A DNA stretch of 64,000 bases, taken from assembly GCA_018398765.1 (NCBI GenBank), contig JAHBMJ010000310.1, positions 1 through 64,000 on the forward strand. The letters are read 5' to 3'. Below are positions 1 to 13,001 of this stretch, piece after piece. The DNA is from Chromera velia (lineage: Eukaryota). The notes beneath the pieces were generated by a model. The model did not search any database. It worked only from the letters and a program-made list of their open reading frames with translations, and was not told where the DNA came from. How positions within the stretch are numbered: the first letter of the stretch is position 1; the number at the start of each line of letters is the position of its first letter. Made by a program: the position numbers and the translations under genes.

Positions 1-31
<31 letters not shown>

Positions 32-40
32 GTGTGTGCG

Positions 41-78
<38 letters not shown>
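1..78. repeat. (GT)n microsatellite, truncated by the window start
   Basis: Direct reading: TG dinucleotide run with occasional GC interruptions. Confidence 0.95.
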
Positions 79-79
<1 letters not shown>

Positions 80-858
80 ATGTGAATGTAGATGTGAATG
101 CGAATGTGAACGTGCCTCCGTTTCTCACGGCCGGGCCTTGAAGGCCCCGGCATTCTGCATGAAGTGGAGGAACTACTGAGCTATCATGATCGCAGCTTTG
201 TGAGTCTTTGTGAGAACTGTGACATACTGTGACCGTTTAGACTTAAATTTGATCAGTGCATCACACACAGTGTCACTAAGTGTCACACCTTAATTTTTTT
301 GGAAGTCAGACTTTTGCGACCAGCTAGGATTTGCTAAAGGAGGGGTTTGGCGACCTAAACTGTCGTTAAAAAAAAATTGATGGCCCGTTATAATTAATAC
401 TTTCTAAAAATGTGCAAACATTGCTTTAGCATATTAATTATTAAATTGTGACCCAAGCTCAGTCAATAACTAAAATGCTTCATGTCACATAAGTCATGCT
501 ATAGACAGCTATAGAATCGCTCACTTAATAAAAATTTTGAAAATTGTGCTAAGTTCATACTTTAAATTGGGTTTCACTCAATCAAAAAAATATTGCTAGA
601 AATGTTGATCAATCTATATTTTTTTCATCTCAAAATTAAATTAAAAAAAAGAATGTTTAAATAGATTCATGTGAGACGAGGAGTATACCATCATACTTAA
701 TAAAAAGTAACTAACTTTGAATGTTGCTAAACACTGGTACACTTTAAGAAAAATCTATATTATTCTAGATATTATTAAACTATTATGTAATATCTTACCA
801 AGTATCTTAAACAAAGCCAAATTGACCAAAGTTTGTGATAATTTGAGCATTTGTTTTG

Positions 859-3289
859 CTAAACATCTCTGAAGAGGTGGCGGCTCTGCCCGATGGTCTG
901 TCTTGCGCACTCTTTGAGGACTCTCGCCCTGCTTTTCCTGACTGCCGTCTCTTGAAGGCTTTTGCTGAGTTTAGATGCGATCTCCCGAGCTTCCCTTCCA
1001 GTCACTCTTCTCTGAGGGGTCGCATGAGCCCCATCCTTCTCAGCCCCTTCCTTCTCAGCCCCTTCATCACCTTGCTCAACAGGAGGACCCAGTATGGCCC
1101 CATCCCGTCCCAACACGCCGACCCCTCCTGCGATTCCAGCCAAGCAGGTGACACCCCCTTGGGAGAGGATCTGTGTCCCCACCGTATGGGCTCTGGGAGC
1201 ATAAAGCGCGAGTTCCCTCTTGGACAGCGCCGAGGTCTCCCTTGTTGCGGGGGGCTCCTCCTTTCTGGGTCTCCAGACGGTCCCTCTGAGGGACTCGTGG
1301 GGGGGGTAGACGGCCTGTTGGTAGACGTCAGCAACCCTGCATGCAATTTGCAACAGGGAGAGACGGCAGCACAAAGGGGGGGGCAGACATACATGGGTGC
1401 AGACGTGGAGAAACAGAAAAACTCACAGACAGACCACGTGTTTCTCTCTTTCTCCAAACAGAGAGAGACAGGCAGGCAGGCAGGCACGCAGACAGGCAGC
1501 GACAGCACACTGTAGCACACGGCGAAACCGCCATCGCACAACCTCCATCAACAGAAACAAACATACGGTTCCCCTCAGACTTTGCCTTTCCGCACGATTG
1601 CCTCTCTCTGGACTCCCTCTCTCTGGACTCCCTTTCCTTTTTCTTCCCTCTTGAAGAGAGAGAGGCAATCATGCGGAAAGGCAAAGTCTGAGGGGAACCG
1701 TATGTTTTTTTCTGTTGATGGAGGTTGGGCGATGGCGGTTTCGCCGTGTTCTACAGTGTGCTGTCGCTGCCTGTCTGCGTGCCTGCCTGCCTGCCTGTCT
1801 CTCTCTGTTTGGAGAAAGAGAGAAACACGTGGTCGGTCTTCCTGAAACGCACAATGAAACACGACTTGCCAACCCCGTGTCTCGCTTCTCGGCATATGAC
1901 CTGACTTCCCTCTGGATTGTGTTCTCGATCCACCTCTTCATTCATTCATTTATTCATTCATTCATTCTTTTACTGACCTTCCATTCAGATTCTTTATGCC
2001 CAAGCTTTTGTACATGACGATCGCGCCGTCCACAGAAATATCGTACCTGCACCCAAATCCGTGAACCCACGCATCGATTGACATTGTTTGCATGCATGCC
2101 TTTAATTCATTCGCTTCGGGGTTGTAGAGAGAGAGGAAGACTTTGGGCACATGCAGAGACGCAGCTACGTCAGCCAAAACATCCAGGAGATCCGAAGAAA
2201 AAACATATTATGAGATCAAGGGGCGGAAGACAAAGAGACGATAAAAGGACGGCCTTCTAACAGATCTTGATTGCCTACACTCTTACTGCCCACCCGCCCA
2301 CCCACCTACAACAGCCCTAGTGGATGCACAGCTCGCGCAGCCCCTTCGCATGATCCTCTGATGCTCCAACCCCTCAAAGGAGAAACAAATTCGCGGCGCT
2401 GGCTGTTTCAATGCTGAATGGTGAAAACGGCAGACTGACTAACTGACTGACTTACTATCTGGGTAACTGCCTGCCTGACTGCCTGACTGACCCGTGCATG
2501 TTCAGGTTCTCCTCGGGGTCTTTTCCGATCGTGTCTACTTTCAGAGACCGTGTCCCCTCCAGGTGGAGGGCCTGAAAGGAAGAACGACGAGGGAGAACCA
2601 GGGAAAGAAAGGAATCGGGGGGTTCTGCGGTCAAGGCTAAGAAAGGGTCAAGTGGAATTGTCCAGAGAAAACCAAAAAACAAAAAACGGAAGGGAAGGGA
2701 AGGTCTGGAAGGAAGCGGAGACAAGATGGACGCATATACAAACCCATGACGGGCAGACGGATCCATAGATCGAGGACGCCCTTTTTCCTTCCCCCCCTGT
2801 ATGCATGTACTTCCTTCTTTCAATTTTTTTCTCTCTGCGTTTCCGAAAGAAAAAGAACAGCCACATGCATCTGCTCGTCTGGTTCTCTTTGCATACACGA
2901 GCGACCAACCCGCACTGCCAGGGCCACAGCCTCGCTCTCCTTCCCAGCCACAGAACATCTCTTGGCGAGCTGCACGGCAAAATCAACAAAACAAAAAGGC
3001 ACACAGAGGGGAGGAAAGGGGAGGTGTTTGGTCGGGACGATTCATTCAATTTCTTTGGCCGTTTTCTTCTTTTGTCTCCCAGATAGCATTTGGAGAAGTA
3101 ATGCAATGCGCTGTTTGCTTTCACCTGCAAGAACAGCACCAAAATGCTTCATTACGATGACAAAGACGCGGGATGTCCTTCAATATTTCAGAGGGAAGTG
3201 CTTTTCGTAACAAGTCGGCAGCAAAAGACAAGCAAAAGGGGAAAAAAGTGGAACGTCTTTATTTCGAGCTTTCAAGGAGATCTCCCTCC

Positions 3290-3342
<53 letters not shown>

Positions 3343-5853
3343 AGAGAGACACACACAGAGAGAGAGACAGAGAGATACCCGCCCGTCAGAGAGACAGGTG
3401 CAGCAGAGACAATCAACTGTTGGCATGCAGACGGACCTCATACAGATCTACGATCTGTCCCTCCACCTCCGCATCCTTCGGGTACAGCCAGGCGGCCTCC
3501 TCCAGAATCCAGTGGAGAACCTACATGAACGAATCAGAGGTTCCATCCATCCATCCATCCATCCATCCATCCAGACAACGAGAGAGCTGGGTAAAGCAGC
3601 AGGGAAAGGGAGAGGGGAGGACACTGGGAGGAACCGACAAGCTTTTAGCCTGATGAATGCCACTTTGCTTCTTTGCTGCTTGCGCCACATTAGGCGAGCA
3701 TCCAAGTGATCCAGCGGCCTATGTTGTGTTTCAATTAAGCGGGGTGAATGGACATTCACCCAGCTGTCTCTGGGTATGAGTGTGTACCTTCCTGCCCAAC
3801 TGGCTAGCGCTGACTTATGGAATGACTGTATGCGCCCTCTGTTTGTCGCTGTAACCAAGAAGGACCACTGAAGAGAAACGAACTCGGGAAAATGAAGGAA
3901 GGCTTCTGTCTGTGCATGCATGCGCGTCAAACTGACCTGAACGATCCACGCAGGCTTGAAGCGCTTCGGCTTGTCTCCGTAACTGCGGACAGGGCAGGAG
4001 CGTCGGTAAGCTTCTCTTTCTTTCATTCATTCATTCATTCATTCAGTCATTCATCCATTCATTCATTCGTCTATTTTCTCTTCCTTTCTCCTGCTGCTGC
4101 TTCTCCTTGCCTTTTCCTGTTCATATATTTTTTCTCTTTGTGTGGAGTCTGTTGAGTCGCTGGTATGTCTTCACTTTGAATCCAAGTCGTTCTCGAAAGA
4201 GAGTAGAGGGCGAAGAGCTGGAATGTACAAGAAAAAGAAGGGATATCCGCCTGGAAGGCGAAAAAAAAAGAGAGACAGAACCGAGTACCATTTGAGATTT
4301 GAGCTTTCAAAAATAGCCGACGCGGAGAATGGAACGAAGGAGGAGTGTAGAGGTCTGATTTCTCTGGATTTCTTTGCCACAAATTCTTTTTTTGCTTTGC
4401 GTGTGGCCGTCCTAGAACAATCAAGGGAGAGAGAAAGAAGAATAGTAACCCTTCAAGTTGTACATTCTGGTAGCTCCTTTCAGCTCTTCTTTCAGACCCA
4501 CCCGTCGTCTTCACTCTCAATTTCTGGAAATAACGTCCAAAGGAGCTCGATGCCTTTCCCCTTCCGGGTGTCCAAACTGCACTCAGAAAAAAAGAGCAAA
4601 AGACCATTTTAAACACACAAAAGCAGAGAGAGGATTAACATCCTACTCCCTTCGTCTTCCCCGAATTCCCCTCCCGGTAAGTGTCCGGCAAGTGTTTCTT
4701 TCTCTTGGCCTTTCTCTTGGCCTAGCTGGAAGTGCAGCCACAGTTGAATGCATCAGGATGGTGTTGCACGGACAGGACAGAAGGTTTCACAAGAAAGACA
4801 GAAACTTGAGGAAGGACTGTTTTTCGATGCCCTCCCTATATACATCGGCCCCCACTCTTTCGTTCCCAAAGATCTGTTTCTGAAGAAGAAAAGTGGACTA
4901 CTGACATTTTTCCAACTTCTCCCTCCCCCTGCTGCAGTTTCTGCACAAGCTTCTCGACTGCTCCCTTCTCCACACACTTGGACATGAACGCGTACTCTGC
5001 CGCGACCTCTTGCGAAGAGGACGAGGCCGCCGCTCCCTTCCCTCCCCCCCCCTGTGTCTGAGGGGCCCGCCTGTAGTCCCTGCACGGCCGCACGGGCCTC
5101 CCTGCGGCTGCAGAGCCCAGGAAGGACGGCCAGTCGAGACTGTCATCCTGCAGGCAGCCAGAAGGGGAAGGGGGCGTGGAACGTCAGGAACAGAGATGAG
5201 ATGAGGGATGAGTGCAGAAGAGAGAGAAAAGAGGATTGCATTTCAGCTAGCTGTATTTTTGTTTTTGTACTTTCTTCACTTTTTTATGCATTAGTGCGAG
5301 CAGGAGTCCTATAGAGGAAGCAAGATCGATCTTTGTCTTGAAAGCGTCGTCCCCCCTTTCACTTGGCTGTCTGATCGCTTTTGCGTCTATGCTTCACTTT
5401 ACACCAGGTCGGAACTGAATGCCGCGATGACCTTCGTGCGGTATTCCGTCTCACTGTCAACGTATGGCGATGCATCTCCCATTGAATTCCTTTGTGCATG
5501 CATGCGTGCGTGCGTGCGTGCGTGCGTGTATATTTGCTTGAGTTGTTTGTCCCTTGTCTGTCTGACCTTTCCTGCAGGAGTGTTTTCCTTGACTTCCTTT
5601 GCCTCTTCCAGCCAGGACCGCACGAGGCCCTTCACCTTCCCCTTCTCCCAGGTTGTCAAGTCCACACACACAGGAGCCTGCATCAACCAAGGAGCATAAT
5701 CGGTTAATTGATATTAATCAAGAGCCATGCAGGAGAAAACAAAAGGAAGGACGGGCCGGGGGAAAGACAAAAAAGAAAACATAGGGGGAGTGAGAGAATG
5801 TGCGGTCCCTGTCTTCAATTTCTGTTAAATCAATCGTACACGGCTACACTCAC

Positions 5854-5889
<36 letters not shown>

Positions 5890-7596
5890 GATGCGGCTGA
5901 CCGACCCTACTGTCCCTCTCCTCATCGCTGAGCAGAGCTGCGAGCACCTTTGTTCCATCGGGTCCGATCGTTGGGGGGGGAGGTGGGGGGTCTGCGATTC
6001 TGATCCCTGGTGGTAGGGAGAGAGAGTTTCTCGTCATGTGGGCATCCAGAGTCTCTGAGAGAGTCATACGGTCGCGTGGCCTGTCGAGTTCCGAGTTACT
6101 TGACAGAGACGCCGCAGCGAGTCTCCTCTCCTCAGCCGCCCCTTCCCTCTTCACTCTCGTAGAAGCGTTCTGAAGGAGTTTCTCTAGGAGAGACTTCGGG
6201 TGTCTTCCAAGCATCCATTTAGCTGGAGGTGCCTGCCCTCCTTGGCCCTTGTGGGGTGACGTGCCCCCGCGTCCGCCCTCACTGGGAGCCCCTGGAGCTC
6301 CTGAGAAGAGAGAGGCAGACGGCGCGGAGGAGCGGGCCGCCATGGTGCCCTCTCCTGCTCCCTTCCCCCTTCCTTTGAGAAGAGGGACGGTTTCTGAGGC
6401 CTTAATTCTCTCAAGAGTCTGCACCGCTGAGGCGTCTAGAACTGTCACTTGAGGGAGATGGAAGATCATACGGAGTCTGCAAGACAAGAAGAGAATGCGC
6501 ACTTGTAGACGTACAATAATCTTGGACATGAATTTATTCTGGATGCAAAAACTTGCTTTTCGGGGAGGTGGCAGAGCGGGGAGAGTCTGCAGGAGAGCAC
6601 CCAGCTAAGAGAATCAGAGGGCACGCTGCGTGAAAGGCCCACAGTGTCACAGAGAGAATGGAAAATGCGATGCTGGAAAGCCTAACCAAAGGGCAAGTAA
6701 ACCAAAACACAATTGAGAAAGAAGGCGGCAAACATGAAACAATGCAGACATCACGCAAAGGGACGTTTGTCGGTTGGCAGAGATACCGAATGCACCCATG
6801 AATTCAGCAGAGGGGCCAATCCCGTTTCGCAGAAGTGCACGTGCCTATAGTAATATATGCATACCTGTAGTCAGGCTCCTCCACCACCGGGTTGTTCCTC
6901 AAGTCCAGTTTCTTGAGGAACCTCATCTTTGAGAGAGTCTCGAGTAGCCTGTCGACATCCCGCAGACGGTTGTGACTGAGGACGAGAGTGTTCAGGAATT
7001 TGAACTCCGCCAGGCTGCCTCTCAGGGTGCAGATCTCGTTCCGCTCTGCATAGACCTGCATACATATAGATTGGAAGCGATTGGGAGGGAAACAAATGGA
7101 AAGTGAATGCGGAGTTTTCGCTGAGGGTCCGAAACATCCATCTCTTCCATGCGCATGCAGTATTGTTCCCCTTTTGACCTTGCTCGGGGAGCAGTGCACA
7201 TGCATGTTCCAAGAACACACGCGTGCAAGGTAGACGGAAACAGAGTGCAGGCATGGATGGACCGCATGCATGTATCCTACAAGTAGTCTGACAGAGTACC
7301 CGATCTTTCGATGTTCTGGGACAATTCCCACAAAGAAGGCATTTCTCAAGAGAGAACAACCCACACACCTCTTTGATTCGAAAGTTTGCGTCCAGGTGAT
7401 TCAGCTGAGTCAGTTTGTTGTCGGAGATCCATAGGGCCTCAATATTCGGAAAGTTCGCAAACTCAGTTGAAATCGACGTCGCCCCTTTTCCGCAGAGACT
7501 AACTGATTTGCAGTTTGTGGCGAATTTGAAGTTCTTGATGGGAACGCAGCTCCAGGGGTCCAGAGCCGACTGGCTCCCTGGGGGCAAGCCCGCCAT
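859..7596 (-). CDS. Multi-exon leucine-rich repeat protein, LRRC72-like N-terminus (LRRs plus LRRcap), long unique C-terminus
   Basis: Phase-consistent GT-AG exons 7596-7369, 7055-6865 and 6476-~5902 give ...NIEALWISDNKLTQLNHLDANFRIKE/VYAERNEICTL...LNTLVLSHNRL...LKKLDLRNNPVVEEPDYR/LRMIFHLPQVTVLD, an LRR plus LRRcap pattern as in LRRC72. Further coding-like exons at ~5677-5570, ~5147-4905, 3520-3437 (VLHWILEEAAWLYPKD...), ~2545-2492, ~2046-1978 and a last exon 1336-859. The last three join in phase. The middle junctions were not all verified. Confidence 0.72.
1427..1839. repeat. Long inverted repeat (foldback), arms ~1427-1609 and ~1657-1839, 47-nt loop, inside the last intron (1337-1977) of the LRR gene
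   Basis: Left arm agacagaccacgtgtttctct...gattgcctctctct is the near-perfect reverse complement of the right arm agagagaggcaatc...agaaacacgtggtcggtct, with a few mismatches. The ORF track shows mirror-image peptides on both strands. Confidence 0.95.
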
Positions 7597-8124
7597 TCCG
7601 GGTCACTGGCTGCTGTGAAGCAACACTCGGAACCAGGCTCTGTTGTTCTTCGCAGCAGTTATGTGAGGCTGTTCACGCGCCCTCTTCCCAGGTAGATGTA
7701 CCTCTGGAGCTGCACTGCGGCCGTGGGAGTCTTTCGAAACTGTTTTGCACAGATCATGCATGCAATCAGAACGTTCGCCGGGGCTCCTCGATCGATCATC
7801 GGATCACGGATGGATCACGGTCATGCGGAAAAGAAATTTCTCGCGAGCATGCACGCGATCCATGCATGCGCCTGACATGCAGCTTTTGTTTTGCGCCATT
7901 TTGCATGGGAGAGCCCCCTCCAACGATTCTTCTCTTGTGTTTTGGAATGCCTTTCATTGGGCACTGTCACTGAAGGACTGTACCACTTGGCTACATATAT
8001 ATAGTCACTCGTGTTCATGCAGACGGCTGCTTTGACCTGAACTTCTCCTAGCATTCGGCATTCGGAACAGCCTGAGTCGTGATTAAAAGAAAACATCGGT
8101 CAGCTGCCTCCCCTCCCTCTCTCT

Positions 8125-8726
8125 ATGGTGTCTCCTGAGTCTGCCTCAGAGAGCCTTGTACTTCTGAGAGCCCTCCTTGGAGGCAGCTTCGCAGGAGGTC
8201 TTCATGCAGTCACAGGAGCCGATCATATCGGGGCACTCCTCCCTCTTTGTGTCAATAGACGATGGAATGATGCCTGGCGTATCGGCTTCAATTGGTCAGT
8301 ACGTCTCTCTGCCGGTTCACATCCATGTTGCCGTCTATTGTTCCCTTTCTTCCGATACTGCGATGCCGATCTTACATTGTTTGTTTTTGCATGGATAGCT
8401 GGATGCCATTGCTGAAGTTTCCTCGGAATTCCGGTTCCCTTTATGGCGATGTCCGATGCACACAGGACCTGTTCCTAACTTATGTTTGCCTCCTCTCGCT
8501 ACGTCGCTCTCTCCGGCTCCGTTCCACTGCTCGCTGTCTACGTGTGTGTAAGAATGTTTCTGTCCCTTGATTCGTTAATTTCCCCATTGGTCGATCGATC
8601 CACACATCCAACTCTCTGTTCACCTCTCCGCCTATCTAATCGCCATCCGTCTACAGCAGCCGTCTGTGTCTCTTCCAGGCTCCTAATTTCTCGACAGTCT
8701 CCGACTTCGAACTCGTAAAACTCAGT

Positions 8727-8772
<46 letters not shown>

Positions 8773-8804
8773 CCCCCCTCTCTCTCTCTCTCTGTGTGTG
8801 TGTC

Positions 8805-8846
<42 letters not shown>

Positions 8847-8857
8847 TGTATGTGTAT

Positions 8858-8891
<34 letters not shown>

Positions 8892-9962
8892 CTGTGTGTG
8901 TCTGTGTGTGTGTGTGTGTATATGTGTGTATGTGTGCGTGTATGTGTGCGTGATTGTGATTGCAGGGGAATCGGACACGGGATGGGTGCAGCTTTGTTGG
9001 GTTGTCTGGCGCTTCTGCTGAAGGACCGGCTGTTGACTGTCGCCTTTTCGGACTGGATGGAGTTTTTTGTTGGGGTGATGATCATGGGGATCGGTGTGAG
9101 TGGTTTGCTCTCTGCGAGAAAGTTCGAGGCCGAGTTGAGAAGATCCGAAAAACGCCAGCACTACCATCTGGATCTGGATGATGACCTCGACCGGGATCCC
9201 TCTGGGGAGGCTCGTCAAGATTGTGCCTCGAGTGAGGGGGGCACCCTGTCGACGTCTACGGCCCTGTCGATGTCCAAAACGGGGGGGGGGAGCTTGAACA
9301 GCAGCACAGCCATGGGAGGCCAGAGAGAAAGGACCGGCATCCAGCAACAGCTGTCGCCGAGACTTTCACAAGCGTCTATAGCCCCCCCGCCCTCACGACC
9401 ACTCCTCAAAGCCGCAACAGCAGGAGGCACGTGGGGGGAGGCACATACAGACATCGAAAGACAGGCGCATGTGCCGAGGGAGCCGGGGGAGGCGGGAGAG
9501 CGATCGAACGGAAGTGCAGTAGATGGGGAAGGGCTGATCAGGGGAGACAACAACATGATTCCTCCCCCACCCCCCCCGGCAGCGGACTTTTCCAAATTGA
9601 GCCTTGCGACGGTTTTGACAGGTGTGGTTCATGGCGTGTCGGGGTCAGGGCATTTGCTGGGGGTTCTGCCTGCACTAACGCTCCGGTATTGGTGGGCGTC
9701 GGCAGCCTATTTGGCAGCATTCACGATTGGATGCTGTGTGTGGATGTCTCTGTTCACTCTCGCGATTGGGGAAGGAACGGTGAGGCTTCGACAACACTTC
9801 AGACGGCCTGACCTTCCTGCGAAGATTGCGATGGGAACGTCTTGCGTCGCTATTTTTGTTGGGTTTTTGTGGATGGTCTTCTGGTTCTTGAAGACTCCAG
9901 AGTCCGCAGCGGGGGCTGTAGAGGGACATCACACTGCCCAGGTTCATCAAGGCGTCAGGTGA
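8125..9962 (+). CDS. Nickel/cobalt transporter-like membrane protein (NiCoT/UreH/DsbD_2-type, similar to plant plastid CGF proteins), 2 exons
   Basis: Exon 8125-8294 (GGLHAVTGADHIGALLPL), intron 8295-8965 (gtcagt...tgcag), exon 8966-9962. Splicing restores WGIGHG. Second His motif GVVHGVSGSGHLLGVLPAL. Several hydrophobic helices. Confidence 0.85.
8727..8952. repeat. Compound (CT)n/(GT)n microsatellite in the transporter intron
   Basis: Direct reading. Confidence 0.95.
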
Positions 9963-10523
9963 TCGAGAGAGGTCGACCAACTGAGCACTCCCGGCGTGCG
10001 CTACAGCATCATCACAACCGCCAGTGCAGCGCTCTCTGTATACTACGTAGTTCAATGTGTAGTGACTGTAGTCAATTTGTTCCCATTTAATTAATTTAGC
10101 GGTGGTAAAATTATGTAAAATTGCGCTTGAATCAAATTTTGTGATATGTGTATTCTTGGCAACTTCAACTTCTTGCATGATGAACGTTTTAGATTGATTA
10201 TCATCTAAATTTAATTAGTTCAGGTAGTTGTGGGTAGTTTTAGTTAGTAGTAAGTTACTACTAGTAGTAACTGAGTATTGGGGTCGTTCACGTCGATTAG
10301 CTTAGTGATTGATTAGATTGGTAAACTACTAGTTATACTAATTTAAATTATAGAACAGTTTATTAGAGTTTAAAACTCAGTTTCTAAAAGTCTGAGACTC
10401 AACTTTGAAGAATGCTAGAAAGAATTAATGCAAGGCATATATTCTCTGCATAGCCATCTAGATGGCCATTAATCTAGCCATTAATCATGATTGTTTATAA
10501 AGATGGTTCACTTTTGAGACTAC

Positions 10524-11557
10524 CAGTGTTGTTAAGTCTCGGTACTTTCGGTACCTCAGTACCAGAGGGGGGGTCGGTATCGGATTTCGGATCGGATCTT
10601 TCGGTACCGACCTAAATGACTCTCAAACTTAAAAATCACATGTAGTCTGATGTTACAATATCATTTAAACACACTTTATAAAACAAAATAAACAAAATAC
10701 AATGATAAATTAAAATTAAGAAAGTCTTTTCTAGCTTTTTTGATTGTTCCGCGACTTCTGTCTTCTAGAACGGTCTATAGATTGAGGCATAAAACCCATG
10801 TGTAGAACTGTTTGCTTACATAAATCGAGGATGCATGCTCTTGAGGCTGATCGAATCAGATCGATGCAAGCTGTATGGCAATACATGGCAACAGATGCGT
10901 TGCCACGTCGGAATCGGTCGGCCGGACAATAGACTCGGATCATGCCGAGTCGGATGCGATACACTGACTTGCACAGAGGCTGGTGACACACACACACTCC
11001 CTCCCTCGTGCGATCTGACGTATGATCGAATAAAACACACACACACAGAAAAAGCAGGAAAGAAAGCTTATCCTCGCTGCTTCTTTGCTTCTTACACTTT
11101 CTCCCTCATGCGATCTGACGCATGAATGAAACACATACACACGGAACAAGCAGGAAAGAAGGCTTATCCTTGCTGCTTCTTTGCTTTTCCGTCATCGCAA
11201 CCTGTTCTAGAGTGGAAGAAAAGGAATCGGAAGCACCTTTTGGAGTGGCAGCAGCGTCAAGCTCGGACATACACAATACGCGGCCCAGGGCCCGTACGCC
11301 GCGGCCCATGCAGGCGCGCGCCCCCCCCCTGCGCTTCAAATTAGACATCAAAAGTTCATGCTAGTCATTTTTGAGTATTTCAGTGTCCTAACGGCGTATA
11401 AACAGTCTGTAAAGAGTTCTAACAACCTGTTTAGAATATGTAAAAAAGCCGGTACCGAAGGTACCGAAAAGGTACCGAAAGTACCGAAAAATTTTGGATC
11501 GGGGGGTCAGTATCAGATTTTGGTGCTACTTAGGTTTGTCGGGACTTAACAACTCTG
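10524..11557. mobile_element. Non-autonomous hAT-like DNA transposon (1034 bp)
   Basis: TIRs CAGTGTTGTTAAGTCTCG and CGGGACTTAACAACTCTG (16/18). Flanking 8-mers gagactac (10516-10523) and aagactac (11558-11565) match 7/8 as a TSD. Subterminal GGTACCGA/TCGGTAC repeats at both ends. No transposase ORF. Confidence 0.85.
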
Positions 11558-13001
11558 AAGACTACTCAGACTAGCTTTGAGAATGTATCAAGATTCAAGC
11601 TTCTCAGCTTGGCACTGAGCTGAGCTTGCCAATGCCTCTGAGAGCTATCTAAGCCTATCTTAATTATTGATCATGATAGTATAGTTTATTTTATAATAGA
11701 GTGATATAGAGTGTAGTAAAACAAAAACTTTTGAAGGAAGTTATGTATGTTATCATATTCAAACTTGAATTCAATAATTAAAAAATTGAAGAATGCTAAT
11801 GACATATTACTGTAATATTAAATTGATGTTCCTTCAAATGAATATAAACCCGGTCAGTAAGTTTGTAATGACCCTAGGTAATGACCTAAACATTACTACT
11901 ACGTGACTAATTTAAATTGTTTGACTAGTTGTTTGATGACTTATTTAAGCCTTTGATGATTTAAGCAGATTGGCAAGCAAAATGACTTCTACTTTTACTC
12001 ACCTTAAAATTTCAGTTCTTCATTCAAATTGGTGACATCATGAAGAGAGGACAATTCATTGATCGATTCGTCGCAGATTGTCCAGAATCGATGGAAAGAG
12101 AAGAAACAGCCAGACCGGACTTAAACAAACTGCCTGTCAGACCATTAGAAAGCAGGTTTTTTATTTCTGCTGTCACCTCCTTGCTTTTGTCTGCCCTCCT
12201 ATCTCTCCTTGCATCTTGGGTGATCAATTTGTTTGGGATCTGCAAGGACGTCGGGCCCTCAGGTTGCAAAAAAGAAACAGTTCTACCAGAACCTCCACAC
12301 ATCCTTCGCCGCCTTGAACCCTCTTCAAAGTCATTGGAAGTTCTCCTCCTCTCCTCTCCTCTCCTCTTTTCTCTTCTGCCCCATGTCTTTAATGCACTTC
12401 AACGTCAAGGAGGTCAGACATGCAGGCAAACGTAAAGACAGACCCAGGAGAGGAGAGAGGGAATGGAGCGGAGAAACCGGGGATGGAGGGAGAGGAAAAA
12501 AGAGAAAGAGCTCGCAGCTGCTCGATGTGCTTGTCGTACAGTCGATGGATGGATGGATGACCTTAATTGTGTGGGGTCTTTGAGTGTAGATGAGAGGAAC
12601 AATTTGGGAATTAATTCTGCTCTTTTTCCGTACGTTTCCTCCTCTGCACACACGCCTTTTCCTTCCCCATCTTGTTCTTCCTTCCATCCTTCCATTGCCC
12701 TCTCTTGATTTGTGACTGGTGACTGCGTACATGGATAGATCCGAGTGCGTGTCTGACGGAACTCGATTGGTGATTCTCCGGTTGTTGAACTGCTTTTTCT
12801 TTTTTTTTTTTTTCTTTTTTTCAATTTGACCCCAACACCCTTCCCCTTGTGACCCTCATTCAAGAAAACTTGCACCAGAACCTGCACTGTGTGTTGCTAC
12901 TCCTCTTCTAACCCTCTGAGCTAGTGAGCGTCCGTCAGTCAGTCAGACCGAATGAATGAAGAAATGAACGGATGATCTACTTCCTGAGCCTAGCTCGTCA
13001 A

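Noticed and set aside
199..490. TGTGA/TCACA word cluster as transposon subterminal repeats
   Set aside because: No pair of TIRs or TSD could be identified, so it was not called as an element.
12024..12435. 131-aa (+) and 92-aa (-) ORFs
   Set aside because: No recognisable domain or splice support. The region is probably 3' UTR or intergenic.
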